A stretch of 63,958 nucleotides of DNA, filler included, from Octopus bimaculoides (GCF_001194135.2; 3 parts of 3 records of this genome joined end to end with filler, not necessarily neighbours in it); one strand, 5' to 3'; counted from the first letter of the whole stretch, positions 1-13,353 are shown. Notes: generated from the letters alone by a model not told the origin. Numbers and translations are program-made.

Positions 1-289
1 TATATATATATATATATATATGCGACAAGCTTCTTTCAGTTTCCATCCACCAAGTCCACTCACAAGGCTTTAGTCAGCTGGAGGTTTAAGAAAACACATG
101 CCCATGGTGTCACATGGCTGGGAAGCAAACTTCTTATCACACCGCTATGCCTCCGATTAAGAAGCTTGCTTTGCAATTATATGGTTCCAGGTTCAATCCT
201 ACAGTGCAATAATCTACAACAACTGTGAATTGATCAAAGCCACATGGTGTGTATATGTTTTTGTAAGTGGGCATAAGACGAACGAAACT

Positions 290-597
290 GCTATGCTGAG
301 CGAAAATACGTTGTGCAAATTTAGTTCTGTCCAAGTTATGTCCCTTGATGCCAAAATTACTTGTTTTCTATCTCATATGAGATCGATCGACTATCGCAGG
401 TTACATTCCAAAAGCCCCTGCAATAGGTGAAAATTCACAAAGTAGAAACAGTACTGTAATGTATATTTTGTTTTATTATTTTTATAATTTGTATATATTT
501 ATTTCATTATGAATGCAAAACAACACCATAAAGGAATGGATGTAAGCTTAAATAATAAACCATGATAGATGAACCGCAATACAGCAAGGGATTACTA
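290..597 (+). mobile_element. Possible pogo/Tigger-like DNA transposon 3' end
   Basis: Ends gaaccgcaatacagcaagggattacta-TA, resembling Tigger-type TIRs, with internal ataggtgaaaattc. No partner TIR is seen. Confidence 0.4.
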
Positions 598-2529
598 TAT
601 TACAGTTCTGAAGTCAATAACAATCAACTAAAACCTTTAAAAATGGTGTCCCTATATGACCCCAGTCCAATAACTGAGACCAGCAAAAACAAACAATGCA
701 CTAAAGAATAACAATTAAATATAATCTACTGCAGTAAAGAATTGTGAAGGAAATGGTAAATTATTTCATTCACACTGATATGAATGACATTTGCAAAAGT
801 AGACAGCTCAAGAGGGAATTGAAATAATATATAGAACATCATCATCATCATCATTGCTCTAACGTCTACTTTTCCAAGCTTCCATGGATCAGAACAGAGT
901 TTATTGAGGCAGGTTCTCAAGGGCTGGATGCAGTTCCTCTACCTGTTTGCAAACTCGGTAATATTCCTTCATTGCAGCAGGGAGATGACACAATCGTTAG
1001 CATGCCGGGCGAAATGCTTAGCGGTATTTCGTCTGCCGTTATGTTCTCAGTTCAAATTCCGCCGAGGTCAACTTTGCTTTTCATCCTTTCGGGGTCAATT
1101 AAATAAGTACTAGTTACACACTGGGGTCGATGTAATCAACTTAATCCCTTTCTCTGTCCTTGTTTGTCCCCTCTATATTTAGCTCCCTGTGGACAATAAA
1201 TAAATAAATATTTCTTCATGGCAAGAATGACAACCATTTATAAGAGTCATGCAGTGTCAAGACAAGGAAACAAACTCATGCACACACACACGATGTGCTT
1301 CTTTCAGTTTCCATCAACCAAATCAACTCACAAGGCTTTTACTCAGCCCAAGACTATAGTAGAAGACACTTGCCCAAGAGCCATGAAGTGAAAGCTAACT
1401 CAAAACCATGTAGCTGGGAAGCACACAGCCACTGCACACACTCTTACTTTCTGTCTCACTCTCACACACACCTGATTCTTTTTACAAATCACTAATAGTA
1501 AGGCAGCAAGCTGACAGAGTCATTAGCAAGCTGGGCAAAATGCCTAGCAGCACTTTGTCTTTGTTCTGAGTTCAAATTCCACCAAAGTCAATTTTGCCTT
1601 TCATCCTTTGGGGATGGGGGGGGGGCAATAAAATAAGTACCAGTTGAGCATTGGGGGTCGATGTGATCAACTTACCTCTCCCCCCAAAATTGTTGACCAT
1701 CAACCAAACTTTGAAACTAATGGCGCATAAAATGACACAACCAATTTTTGCCATTTTGATCATTTGAAATGAATACATTAAAATGTTGAGTAATGTGTTT
1801 ATGCTGATGACATAACATTTCAAACATTAAGAGAAACACATACTCTTTTACTTTTACTTGTTTCAGTCATTTGACTGCAGCCATGCTGGAGCACCGCCTT
1901 TAGTCGAGCAAATCGACCCCAGGACTTATTCTTTGGAAGCCTAGTACTTATTCTATCGGTCTCTTTTGCCAAACAATTAAGTTACGGGGACGTAAACACA
2001 CCAGCATCGGTTGTCAAGCGATGTTGGGGGGACAAACACATATATATATATACATATACATATATACGACGGGCTTCTTTCAGTTTCCGTCTACCAAATC
2101 CACTCACAAGGCTTTGGTCAGCCTGAGGCTATAGTAGAAGACACTTGCCCAAGGTGCCACGCANNNNNNNNNNNNNNNNNNNNNNNNNNNNNNNNNNNNN
2201 NNNNNNNNNNNNNNNNNNNNNNNNNNNNNNNNNNNNNNNNNNNNNNNNNNNNNNNNNNNNNNNNNNNNNNNNNNNNNNNNNNNNNNNNNNNNNNNNNNNN
2301 NNNNNNNNNNNNNNNNNNNNNNNNNNNNNNNNNCTCTTTTACTTTTACTTGTTTCAGTCATTTGACTGCAGCCATGCTGGAGCACCGCCTTTAGTCGAGC
2401 AAATCGACCCCAGGACTTATTCTTTGGAAGCCTAGTACTTATTCTATCGGTCTCTTTTGCCAAACAATTAAGTTACGGGGACGTAAACACACCAGCATCG
2501 GTTGTCAAGCGATGTTGGGGGGACAAACA

Positions 2530-2780
2530 CAAACACACGCAGTTTCTTATTTCTTTATTGCCCACAAGGGGCTAAACATAGAGGGGACAAACAAGGACAG
2601 ACAAACGGATTAAGTCGATTACATTGACCCCAGTGCGTAACTGGTGCTTAATTTATCGACTCCGAAAGGATGAATGGCAAAGTCGACCTCAGCGGAATTT
2701 GAACTCGGAACATAATGGCAGATGAAATACAGCTAAGCATTTCACCCGGCGTGCTAACAATTCTGCCAGCTCGCCGCCTT
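2530..2780 (-). mobile_element. SINE, family B (other copies about 975-1210, 48885-49120, 56232-56400 and many fragments)
   Basis: Consensus ggcggcgagctggcagaa...gaaatgcttag...gagttcaaattccgccgaggtcgactttgcc...ggggtcgat...aataaagaaataagaa. Confidence 0.85.
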
Positions 2781-3108
2781 TTGGTAGACAGTTTCTGTCT
2801 ACCAAATTCACACTTCACACACAATCTACCATTCATTGAGAGAGAGAGAGAGAGGGGAACCCCAACCTACCTCTGCTAATTAAGTCACCATGAGAAACAA
2901 AGACAGGATGGTCAAAGCTAGAATGCCTTAGATCAAAGTTCTGTCTGATCAAGGTTAAGATTAAACAACAACCATCTAGTCTAACTAGAGTTTTTGGACA
3001 TTAGCAATATAAACTTTGAACAACAAATGCTGAATCCAACAGACCATCAGTCTCCATTTGGTGTAGTAGTAATAGTAATAATAGGAAACACAACACAGTA
3101 TTGCTTAC

Positions 3109-3206
3109 CACAATGTATCTGTTTCCAAATAATGTAGAATTGACCGGATCAGATCTGTTTTAGAACGTTGCAATGGGTTGTCAATAGCTGTGTTACATAA
3201 CATGGT
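3109..3206 (-). CDS. ATPAF2: ATPAF2 coding exon 4 (98 nt); later exons presumably lie left of the window
   Basis: Acceptor tatattctag|, donor TG|GTAAGC. Encodes TMLCNTAIDNPLQRSKTDLIRSILHYLETDTL(C), matching human TTLCNTSLDNPTQRNKDQLIRAAVKFLDTDTIC. All four exons join in frame. Confidence 0.96.
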
Positions 3207-3471
3207 CTAGAATATAATAAAAGAAGACAAGAGTCAATTGATAGGGATTGTATCAAATATTATATGCAAAGCACCAGACATCACCATACACAATTACTAT
3301 GGAACTATAATCTCCAGCAACTGCTACAAGGAGAACCTTTTACAATGCTGCAATAACTGTATTAAAGATACATATCTATTCAAAACCAAGAAATACTATA
3401 CCCCTGATTAGTTATTAACATCCTTCAATCTCCAACTATAGAATATTACTTTCATATCCTGATGGCAATAA

Positions 3472-3544
3472 CTCATCTTCTAGATCTTATAAGTTCTCAT
3501 CTTCTAGATCTTATAAGTTCTCATCTTCTAGATCTTATAAGTTC
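3472..3544 (+). repeat. Perfect 24-bp x3 tandem repeat
   Basis: (ctcatcttctagatcttataagtt)3. Confidence 0.9.
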
Positions 3545-3622
3545 ATATCTGAACAACAAATGATTTTTCCACTTAAAATACGGAAATATAGAAGTGTTGT
3601 GTGCTCAAAGTGAAAGGAACGT

Positions 3623-3990
3623 GCAGGTGTGGCTGTGTAGTAAGTAGCTTGCTTACCAACCACATGGTTCCGGGTTCAGTCCCACTGTGTGGCACCTTGG
3701 GCAAGTGTCTTCTACTATAGCCTCAGGCTGACCAAAGCCTTGTGAGTGGATTTGGTAGACAGAAACTGAAAGACGCCTGTCGTATATGTGTGTGTGTGTG
3801 TGTCTGTTCCACCCCACTATTGCCTGACAACCAATGTTGGTGTGTTTACATCCTTATAACTTAGAAATTCGGCAAAAATGACCGATAAAATAAGTACTAA
3901 GGCTTACAAAGAATAAGTCCTGGGGTCAGTTTGTTTGACTGAAGGCGATGCTCCAGCATGGCCACAGTCAAAATGACTGAAACAAATAAA
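3623..3990 (+). mobile_element. tRNA-derived SINE, family A (many copies in both orientations, e.g. 1843-2163, 20380-20780, 24560-24870, 53289-53450)
   Basis: A-box-like tggctgtgtagtaag and B-box-like ggttcagtccc, then core ccttgggcaagtgtcttctactatagcc, an internal microsatellite and an AT-rich tail. Confidence 0.85.
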
Positions 3991-5581
3991 AAATAAAAGA
4001 AAAACAAAGACACTAAGGAAGATTTGAGGTGAAGCAGTGATCTTAAAACATATCTCATGAAGGGGACAACAAAAAACTATACTGATTGGCAACACTGCCA
4101 GAGTGGACCCATCCACCCATGTAAGTATAGCAAAACATGTCAAAAGGCTGGGAGACAATATATATATATATCTACTGTCCAGTCTACATGTGATGCCTCC
4201 TCCAACTCTTTGTTATTCATCCACCTCTCTATCACTCATCTTACAATCATATCTCCATCATTCACTCACTGCATATGCTGCTGGTATAACTAAAGATCAG
4301 AGTGAGCCTTTCCTACTCACTGTACTATGCTCCCTGCATACCTAGAGAAGTTACTGAATCTATCCAGCCTTATCATCTCTCTGACAATCACTCTTTTCTT
4401 CCTGTTCCTTCTGTTATGATGCCTATGTAACAAAATAAGGTATTGGAACTATCTTTATTCAATCCCCTCCCAAACACCATCCTTATCATTATCTCTTTCG
4501 TCAATGCCAAGGTTAATGTATAAAAAACTGCATCAAACCTGCTTGTACCCTAAACACCCTACCATCACCCTATCAATATGTCCAGTCATTGTTTCCTCTC
4601 CCTCTTTGACCACTTGCTATTGCTATCTATTATTCACTCTTACTGATATCCATTTCTACCTCCATTACTATCCTGCATCCTCTCTCTCTCTCCTCCTCCT
4701 CTACTTTCTCACTCCATTCAATTTGTTTCTACCCTCACACTGTTGCTCATCAGTCTTTTCCTCCCATTGCTCTCTTCTCAGTTATGTTGCTTTGAGTGAA
4801 TGAACACCTCACAGAGCAGTAAGGACTCTTTAGTTTTATGAAATATACGGCAACCTTATTATTGTTGGTGTACAGCAAAATGCACTCACTACACTCTTTA
4901 ATATGGTTGTCAAACAAGTACCATAGGTTGAAAGAATGCTTTAGCCTTGTCAAGAAGATGACAACCTCTCTAGTGCTGGTGCCATGATAAAATGCATTCA
5001 GTTAACTCTGTATAATGGTTAGAAATAGGAAGGGCATCCAGCCATAGAACCCAGACCAAAACAGAGTGTACATACAAGATGTGGTCCTCCAATTCCTCTA
5101 GAATGGGCAGCAACTCTGGATAAGAACCAACTTCATCCATGCCATCACAGAAAATGAACATGTATTGATGATGTTTATGGTAATGGTAGAGTTGGTTATG
5201 ATAATTATGATGATGGTGGTGATGAAATGCTAATGAAGATGATAATGATGATACGGTCTCTGACCCATTGCTGTATCATAACCTCGATTTCCTTCTATTA
5301 CTATTACAACAGATTTTACTTTTTGTTTTGTTTTTGTTCAGAACTTGCTACCTACCACTCCTAACTTCTACTCCAAAGTTACTTATTGCTTCCAACCATC
5401 CCATTTTCATCTCATGTACAGTACTTCACTCCCTAATACATAAAAGCCAACAAAATTTTCATGTAGCCTTTTATTCTAACAATCACCATTCCATAGTATT
5501 CCATTCCACCTGTTTCCATAAAATGCTTAACTCCAATTCTTTAAACTTCATATTCACCACACTACTCTCATTCTTTCCTGT

Positions 5582-7741
5582 CAATATTCGAGACAGCACC
5601 CTGGTAGATAAAGCAATTAAGGATATGAAGCCAGGAAAAGCTCCCGGCCCATCAGGAATCACTGCTGAGATGCTTAAAACATCTGGTGGTGTGGGCTATG
5701 GCCAAGTCATCCGTATTGTAAACCAGGTAGTTCATACACAATGACTGGCATAGCAGCACCATAGTCAACTGCTACAAGGGTAAAGGTGATGCTTTAGATA
5801 GAAATAACTACAGGGGTATCAAACTGCTGGATCAGGTGAAGGTCACGGAGAGGGTCATAGCCCAACTAACTAGGGAGAGAGTCTGCTTAGATGAGATGCA
5901 GTTCGGTTGATGCTATATTCCTTGTACAGCAACTGCAGGAGAAATACCTAGCCAAAAATGAACTCCTATATTTGGCTTTTGTGGACTTGGAGAAAGCCTT
6001 TGACAGGGTCCTCGATCTCTTATCTGGTGGGCGATGGAGAAACTGGGGATTGACGAATGGTTAATAAGGGCTGTTCAGGCCCTATACAGAGATGCCGTCA
6101 GTAGGGTTAGGATTGGAAATGAGTATAGTGAAGAATTCCGGGTAGTAGTAGGGGTCCACCAAGGATCAGCCCTCAACCCCCTCTTATTCATAATAGCCCT
6201 CCAGGCAATAACAGAGGAATTCAAGACAGGTTGCCCCTGGGAACTCCTCTATTCTGATGACCTGGCCCTCATAGCAGAATCACTACCAGAACTAGAGAAG
6301 AAACTTCAAGTTTGGAAGCAAGGTTTAGAATCGAAGGGCCTTAGAGTCAATGTTGCAAAGACCAAAGTTCTAGTAAGTAGGAAGGCGAACACATCACACA
6401 CCCCTTCAGGTAGGTGGCCCTGCTCGATCTGTAGAAAAGGTATAGGTAGAAACTCCATAAGATGTACCCAGTGTAAGCTATGGACACATAAGAGGTGCAG
6501 CAACATCAAAGGAAGATTAACTGGGAAGATAGCTTTCACGTGCAGCAGATGCACAGAGGCAATAAACACCACAGATGCTCAGAAAACAGACTCCATCACA
6601 TGCCAGGGGAAGAAACTAGAAGTAGTTGATAGCTTCCACTACCTAGGTGACCAAGCCTGTAGTGGGGGTGGATGCTCAGAGAGTATTAGAATAAGAATCG
6701 CCTGGCAAAGTTCAGAAAGCTTCTACCTCTACTGGTGACAAAGGGCCTCTCGCTCAGAGTGAAAGGTAGATTGTATGATGCATGTGTGCGAACTGCCATG
6801 CTTCACAGCAGTGAAACATGGGCCATGACTGCAGAAGACATGCACAGGCTCGAAAGAAATGAAGTTAGCATGATCCACTGGATGTGCAATGTCAGTGTGC
6901 ACACACGACAGAGTGTAAGCGCCCTCAGAGAAATGTTAGACATAAGAGGCATCACTGGTGGGGAGTGGCCTTAACATTTCTGCAGTGGAGGATGGGTCTT
7001 CTTGAGTACAGCAAACCACCAGGTATCTTGGTTTGCAAAAGAGACGTTTGCGTTGGTATGGTCATGTACTGTGGATGGACAATGAGAGCAGTATGAAGAA
7101 GTGCCACTCCCAAACATTGGAAGGAATCCAGGGCAGAGGAAGATCCAAGAAGACATGGGATGAGATGGTGAAGCATGACCTTCAAATGTTGGGCCTCACA
7201 GAGGCAATGACAAAAGACCAAGACCTCTGGAGGTATGCTGTGACTGAGAAGACCAGGCAAATAAAGTGAGTCCACTGCTGTAACCTACACCAGTGTGGCA
7301 TAACCAACGCACTCAAAAGTACCTTGGATCGTAGGGTGACATGCTGTGCTTGAGGAGACCTATTGAGTCAAGTACATCAACATCAGCAATATCAAAATCA
7401 AATCAAATGGAAATTGCAGTTGTGAGCCCCGTGTCGGTAGCACGTAAAAAGCACCATCTGAATGTGGCCGATGCCAGTGCCGCTATGACTGACTTCCGTG
7501 CCAGTGGCACGTAAAAAGTACCATCCAACCATGGTCAATGCCAGCTCACCTGGCCCCTGTGCCAGTGGCACATAAAAAGCACCCACTACACTCTCGGAGT
7601 GGTTGGCATTAGGAAAGGCATCCAGCTGTAGAAACACTGCCAGATCAGATTGGGGCCTGATGCAGCCTCCTGGCTTCCCAGACCCCAGTCGAACCATCCA
7701 ACCCAAGCCAGCATGGAAAACGGACGTTAAACGATGATGAT
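5582..7741 (+). mobile_element. 5'-truncated, decayed RTE-clade LINE (RT domain, PHD-like finger, C-terminal domain, 3'UTR, (GAT)n tail) antisense in ATPAF2 intron 3
   Basis: Translations include KPGKAPGPSGITAEMLK, YRGIKLL, FVDLEKAFDRV, GVHQGSALNPLLF, LLYSDDL (YADD variant) and KGRLYDACVRTAMLH. Frameshifts are present. The 3' end is aacggacgttaaacgatgatga. Confidence 0.92.
6957..7031 (+). repeat. 75-bp arm of an inverted repeat (partner 8238-8312)
   Basis: ggtggggagtggccttaac...caccaggtatcttgg matches the reverse complement of 8238-8312 with 2 mismatches. Confidence 0.9.
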
Positions 7742-7824
7742 GGACAAAACCTACTTTACATAAACACAAAAGATTCCATGAAAAATATTAAAGCACACAG
7801 AAGAATATACTGAAGTTGACATAC

Positions 7825-7970
7825 CAAATTCATTTTGTTTTGTTTGATTGCATTCTTTTGACCATTCCATTCAGTAGCAACAGCTAAGGCCAAGCTTTCA
7901 TTAGGAACAATGAAGACGTTACCAAGAGGTGTCCGAAGTTTACGCTTGTCGAGGTTGATTTCAAACTGAC
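7825..7970 (-). CDS. ATPAF2: ATPAF2 coding exon 3 (146 nt)
   Basis: Acceptor ttcttgtctttcag|, donor TG|GTATGT. Encodes GQFEINLDKRKLRTPLGNVFIVPNESLALAVATEWNGQKNAIKQNKMNL, matching human GFEINLDHRKLKTPQAKLFTVPSEALAIAVATEWDSQ. Confidence 0.96.
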
Positions 7971-8237
7971 CTGAAAGACAAGAAAAAAAATAATGAAGAT
8001 TTGGGAAAATCTCATCAAATACCTAAATAATAATAATTATAATTTCTAATATGGGTGCAGTGCCAGAAAGTTTGGGGAAACAGAATTAATTAAATGGACT
8101 TGGATTTTAACAGCTACTTTAATTTATCAACCTAGGAACGATAAAAGGTAACAATGACATTGGCAGGATTTGAACTCAGATTGTGAACAGTTGTAACAAA
8201 TACAGGAAGAATATCTATATTGTCAACACCAAAAAAC

Positions 8238-8312
8238 CCAAGATACCTGGTGCTTTACTGTACTCAAGAAGACCCATCCTCCACTGCAGAAATGTTAAGG
8301 CCACTCCCCACC
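8238..8312 (-). repeat. 75-bp arm of an inverted repeat (partner 6957-7031)
   Basis: Manual alignment gives 73/75 identity to 6957-7031 in inverted orientation. Confidence 0.9.
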
Positions 8313-9573
8313 CCGGTGAAGAGGACTGGCCTTCAAGAGACCTGTGCCGGTGACACATAAAAAGCACTCATGACAGTGCCACATAAAAGCACTCATGCTG
8401 GTGCCACTTTAAAAGCATCCAGTACACTCTATAAAGTGGTTGGCATTAAAAGGGTATCCAGCTGTTGAAACGAAGCCAAATCAGACTGGAACCTGGTACC
8501 ACTTGCCAGCTCTGGTCAAACCATCCAACCCATACCAGCATGGAAAACAGACGTTAAAGGATGATGATGATGATCATGATGATGATGACAATGATGATGA
8601 TACACTTACATAATTGCTCCTACCCCCACTGACTGACATGAACAAATCAGAGTTCAGCAGCCAACAAAAATAACAAAAACAGCAATTCACATTACATATA
8701 CACTGCACAACAAACTGATGAAGCAATAACACCAGAGACACCATCATCATCATCATCATCATCATCATCATTTAACATTCGTTTTCCATGCTAGCATGGA
8801 CTAGATGGTCAGACAGGAGCTGGCAAGGCCTGAAGCTGCACCAGGTTTCATAGTCTGTTTTAGCTCGGTTCCTATGGTTGGATGCCTACCACTTTACAGA
8901 GTGCACTGGGTGCTTTTTATGCTGCACCAGTACCAGTGATTTTTACATGACACCAGCAGCAGTGCCCTACATGGGTAAGCATTACCACAATGATTTTAGG
9001 ATATTCGTTCTGTTTTTCTCTATTGTAGCTGACAGGTCATCTTGAGTACAACAATGCACCACATACCATGCCATATACTTTGTCACCTTCTTCATAAGAC
9101 TCAGTGTCTTGAGACTGGCCTTCAATACTTAGACAAAAATTGTTGATGCCTTTCAGTTAAATGCAAAGAACAATAAGTAACAACATAATGCCAGCATGGC
9201 TGTGTGATTAGAAAGATTGCTCTGCAACCACATGCATGGCTTTGGGTTACATCCCATTGCATGGCACTTTGGGTAAATGTATTGTATTATAGCTTCAGGT
9301 TAACTAATGCCTTGTGAGCAAAATTTGATAGACATAGAGAAGCACATATATGTAGAGAAATTTGGCTGCTATTTCTAGCAGGCTGAGTAACTATATAGAT
9401 ACACCCTCAGATATTCGATAGAAATACCAGATAATCTGAGAATATTAACTGTGATGCACTCTATCCAGGAGAAAACTTATCTCACAGCCACTTAATGCTA
9501 TGAAAGTAGTGAAGCATTGACCCTTAAGAAGCATTTTTTGACACAGATTTTACAGCAACAGATATGCTATAAC

Positions 9574-9844
9574 CAGTGGTGGACTGGCTAGGTAGCCAGC
9601 TTGCCCGATGGCAAGTGGGCCCCTGTGCCATTAGAATCCATATATGGGGGAGCCTATCCCCTCAAGTCTGAGAATTTTTTATTCACTCCTGGAAGAATGC
9701 ATTAATTATTTCAGCCTGGCTGTGTTTGTAGACAGTTGAAAAGAATACTTTTAACAAAAAAAAAATTTAATGATAGTATTGTAGTTGCAGGTGGGCCCCC
9801 TTAGTCTCCTGGCAACCAATATTTTTAGACCCAGTCCACCACTG
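9574..9844. mobile_element. hAT-superfamily MITE (271 bp) in ATPAF2 intron 2
   Basis: Perfect 14-bp TIRs cagtggtggactgg / ccagtccaccactg, flanked by an 8-bp TSD gctataac (9566-9573 and 9845-9852). Confidence 0.9.
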
Positions 9845-10059
9845 GCTATAACAGTACCTAGTTTTGTGCTCTAAGTTAATGCTATGGGCGGTGGAATCAA
9901 ACTTGTAATATACTGAAACAACTTTAAATATAACTTCAAATCAACAATATTCTAAATCAACTTTAACAATCTTCTAACAACACAGCCTTATACCTAAGTA
10001 AAAATCATTATTAACTGAACTATAAGAAGGGAAAAATAGATTAGAGGTAAAAAACTCAC

Positions 10060-10104
10060 CATTATTTTGAGAAATTGTTGCAGTCTTGTAAAATTTTTTC
10101 AATT
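10060..10104 (-). CDS. ATPAF2: ATPAF2 coding exon 2 (45 nt)
   Basis: Acceptor ctctttacag|, donor G|GTGAGT. Encodes (E)LKKFYKTATISQNN(G), matching ATP12-family ERKRFYQNVSITQGEG. Confidence 0.93.
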
Positions 10105-11060
10105 CTGTAAAGAGATAGATAAAAAAGGGAAAGCACTTAAAATTACTGATAAAGAACTCAATTTGAGATTGGGTTAAGAACAATAATTTACATAGAATAA
10201 TTTTAAAACCTATACACCCAGTTTAAAATCACCTGATTTTAAAAGGAATCCATTTTAGTGCAAGGATTTAGTCCAGGTCTATGGACTGAGAATGACCCAC
10301 TCCAAAAATAACTTCTTCCTTTTCCCTCACTAATTTCAGGGTCCCTGAAAAGGCACATAGACCCTACTTATCCTCCACTGACTAAACTAAACAAAATTTT
10401 TTTTTTAAATTACTTGATGGCCGCTTCACATTGAGAAGTTTGAGCCAGTTGATTAGTTTTCTTTTCATCAGCAACATCATTTAATGTTTATTTTCCAAGC
10501 TGACATGGGGTGGATGGTTTGACAGGAGCTGGCAAAACAGGAGTTGCACCAGGTTCTATAGGCAGTTTTGACCTGGTTTCTACAGCTGGATTTCCTAACA
10601 CCAACCACTTTACAAAGTGTACTGGATGTTTTTTTTATGTGACACCAGCACTACTGATTTTTATTTGGCACCATCACCACTGCTTTATACATGGCACTAT
10701 CACCAGTGCTTTTTACATAGCACCTGCACCTGTGCTTTGCACATGGTACCATCATCAGTGCTTTTTGTGTGGCACCATCAACAATGCTTTCTTAACTGTT
10801 AGGGAACGAAATGGGGAGGGAAAAGGTTGACAGGGTAGAGGACAGTGAATTGGCCAGATGAACAGGGCATCAGACAAAATGTTTTGCAGTGTTGGTTACA
10901 TTTCTACATGTTCTGAATTTAAATCCTGACTAGTTCAAAATTACTCTTCATTTTTCTGGAGCCAATAAGATAAGCACAATTCAAGTTGTGGGAGCTAGGT
11001 AGACCATGTACTAGGGTACTGTTAACAACATTAAGACTGCCACCAAGTTCAATGAGGAAT

Positions 11061-11274
11061 TTAACTCTTCAGCATTCAAATTATTCTGTCAAAAGTAATG
11101 CTTATTTATTCACATTGTTTTGAATTAATCAGATATTATTTTGTAGTTTTGAGATTTGATGAGGTAACTGTTAATTTTTTAGAATGATATTGTAGGGTTG
11201 ATGTGACCAGTATGAACATAAAATAGGTTGAATATTTTGTCCACATATGGCTGGTTTAAATGATGAAGGATTAA
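11061..11274. mobile_element. Older TTAA MITE copy in ATPAF2 intron 1
   Basis: TTAA-ctcttcag...tgaagga-TTAA. Body is similar to 16459-16676 and 26073-26301. Confidence 0.65.
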
Positions 11275-11589
11275 TGTATAAATAGATGGTCACTAAGATT
11301 CTGCCTTCAATAAATGATATTGAAGACAGTTTTATAAGATGATATAACACAAAGTTTTGGGATTTATTGTTCTTGGAAACTTCTATATGCAGTAACTTGG
11401 TTTTCAACTATTATAAAAACTGATCCAGTGCAGAAAGAGACATGTCAGTCAGTCCTGTCAGATAACTTGTGTGAGTGGTAATAGTTTGTATTAGGAAGAG
11501 CACCCACTATTAAAAAACACATCAAAAACTCAAGTCAAATCAATTTAAAACCCTAATTGCACATACAGGACTAATACCATGATAGCACT

Positions 11590-11900
11590 ACATGGCTCAG
11601 TGGTTAGAGCATTGAGCTTGCAATCATGTGGTTGTGAGTTCAATTCCCAGGCTGGGCTTGTGTTGTGTTCTTGAGTAAGCCACGTTATTTCACATTGCTC
11701 CAGTTCACTCAGCTATAGAAATGAGTTGCAACATCACTGGTGCCAAGCTGTATTGGCCTTTGCTTTACCCTTGGACAACATTAGCGGCGTGGAGATGGAA
11801 GACTAGCATGCATGGCCAACTGTTGGTCTTCCACAAACAAGCTTGCCCAGACTTGTACCTCAGAGGGGAACTTTCTAGGTACAATACCATGGTCATTTGT
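11590..11900 (+). mobile_element. tRNA-derived SINE, family C
   Basis: Head tggctcagtggttagagcattg...gagttcaattccc and core ttgtgttcttgagtaagccac. Homologous to 22846-23150. Confidence 0.75.
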
Positions 11901-13353
11901 GACCAAAGGGGGTCTTTACCCTTTACTGCACAAAGTAGTATAGTGGCCAAGTAGGAATATTAGACCATGTGTGAACACCCTTCAAATCACCATGTCAACT
12001 TTCTTTCTTTCAGATACAGAACCAAACGACCAAAACACCATCAGAAACTCCTCTCTCCCTGACAGACTACACCATCAATGTATGTATATAACAAATGGTA
12101 GGTTTGGAGAGATTGTGGAGATGTCATTGACTGAAGACAGTCCTGGCAACCATCTATTGATGTGTTAAATTCCTCACGAAACTTTTTGGCAATCCCAACT
12201 TTGTTAATAGCACCATAGTGCATAGTTTGTGTAGTTCCCATAACCCTGACATTTAACTGGCCCTTATTTTATTGACTCTAGAAGAATGAAGGGTAAATTT
12301 GAACTAGGCAGGATTTGAACTCAGAACAAATAAAAATGTAACTGCACACTTCAAATCTCTTTCCAATCTTTCCAGCTTTACCTTTAATTTCCCAATGAGT
12401 GAGCAACAAGCTCACTCATTGATTCCAGACTGATACTTTTTGGAAGATCGTAAAGGTTGCTATGTTCGTGTCTATTTCATTACCTGAGTATGTATATCAA
12501 TGTGTTCATTCACATATTAAAGTCACTTGTACTGGTTTTCTTAAGAGACATAAGATTATATACAATTGTAGCTATAGCAATGAAGTGAAAATGTTGAAAG
12601 AGATAATCGAAAATAGAGTTTGCATCTATTACGTTTTAATTTATTTTTAACTAGTCATAGAGAACCTATATTGTAATGGAATAGTAAAGAGGAGTTGTGA
12701 TATTTTTACTTTTGCCGGTCAAGAACATTGGTTTCAAATGGGAAAAACACGTTTTCGCAGTTCTACAGCAAATGAAAGACATGAAGGATGTCCTTCACCA
12801 GAGTTGTTACGATGAAACTAAATCTGGGGGCTGTTTTAGCGATCCCTGATTAAATCCTTAAAAATAAAACACAACTCCAAAAGCTGTCTCTCTTCTAACT
12901 AGTCTAACACTGAAACAACGAAATCATAATAGTTGTTTAGCATAAGGTTAATAGTGAGCAACAGGCCTATGATAAACAGCATTTCAGTTGTTACCATCCC
13001 GACTTCCTAGGAATATCTAAAACTATTTTATCTAATGTGTCATGCTTTTCCTTTTTTCTAAGACAATAAGGGGTGTGATTTGAGGGATATTTGGTAAGAT
13101 CTTTAACAGGACAGGCAACCACATAGAGGTTCCCTAATATAATTGTAGGTTTGTGTTTTGCTAAAACAAGCAGCGTTACACATGTATAAACATTAGGTTT
13201 TCTAACTATATAAATAGATCATCAAACACGACTGTTACAAGCCGACTGAGGGGTCAAGGACACAGCAATGACGAAGATATAATAAACTTTTAAACCGTGT
13301 CTAACGACAAACACAAAATTTGATCGAGGACAATATACAAATATTCGAAACCC

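Noticed and set aside
11590-11660. tRNA-like head with A and B boxes
   Set aside because: It continues into a SINE core and lacks a full cloverleaf, so it is a SINE head rather than a tRNA gene.
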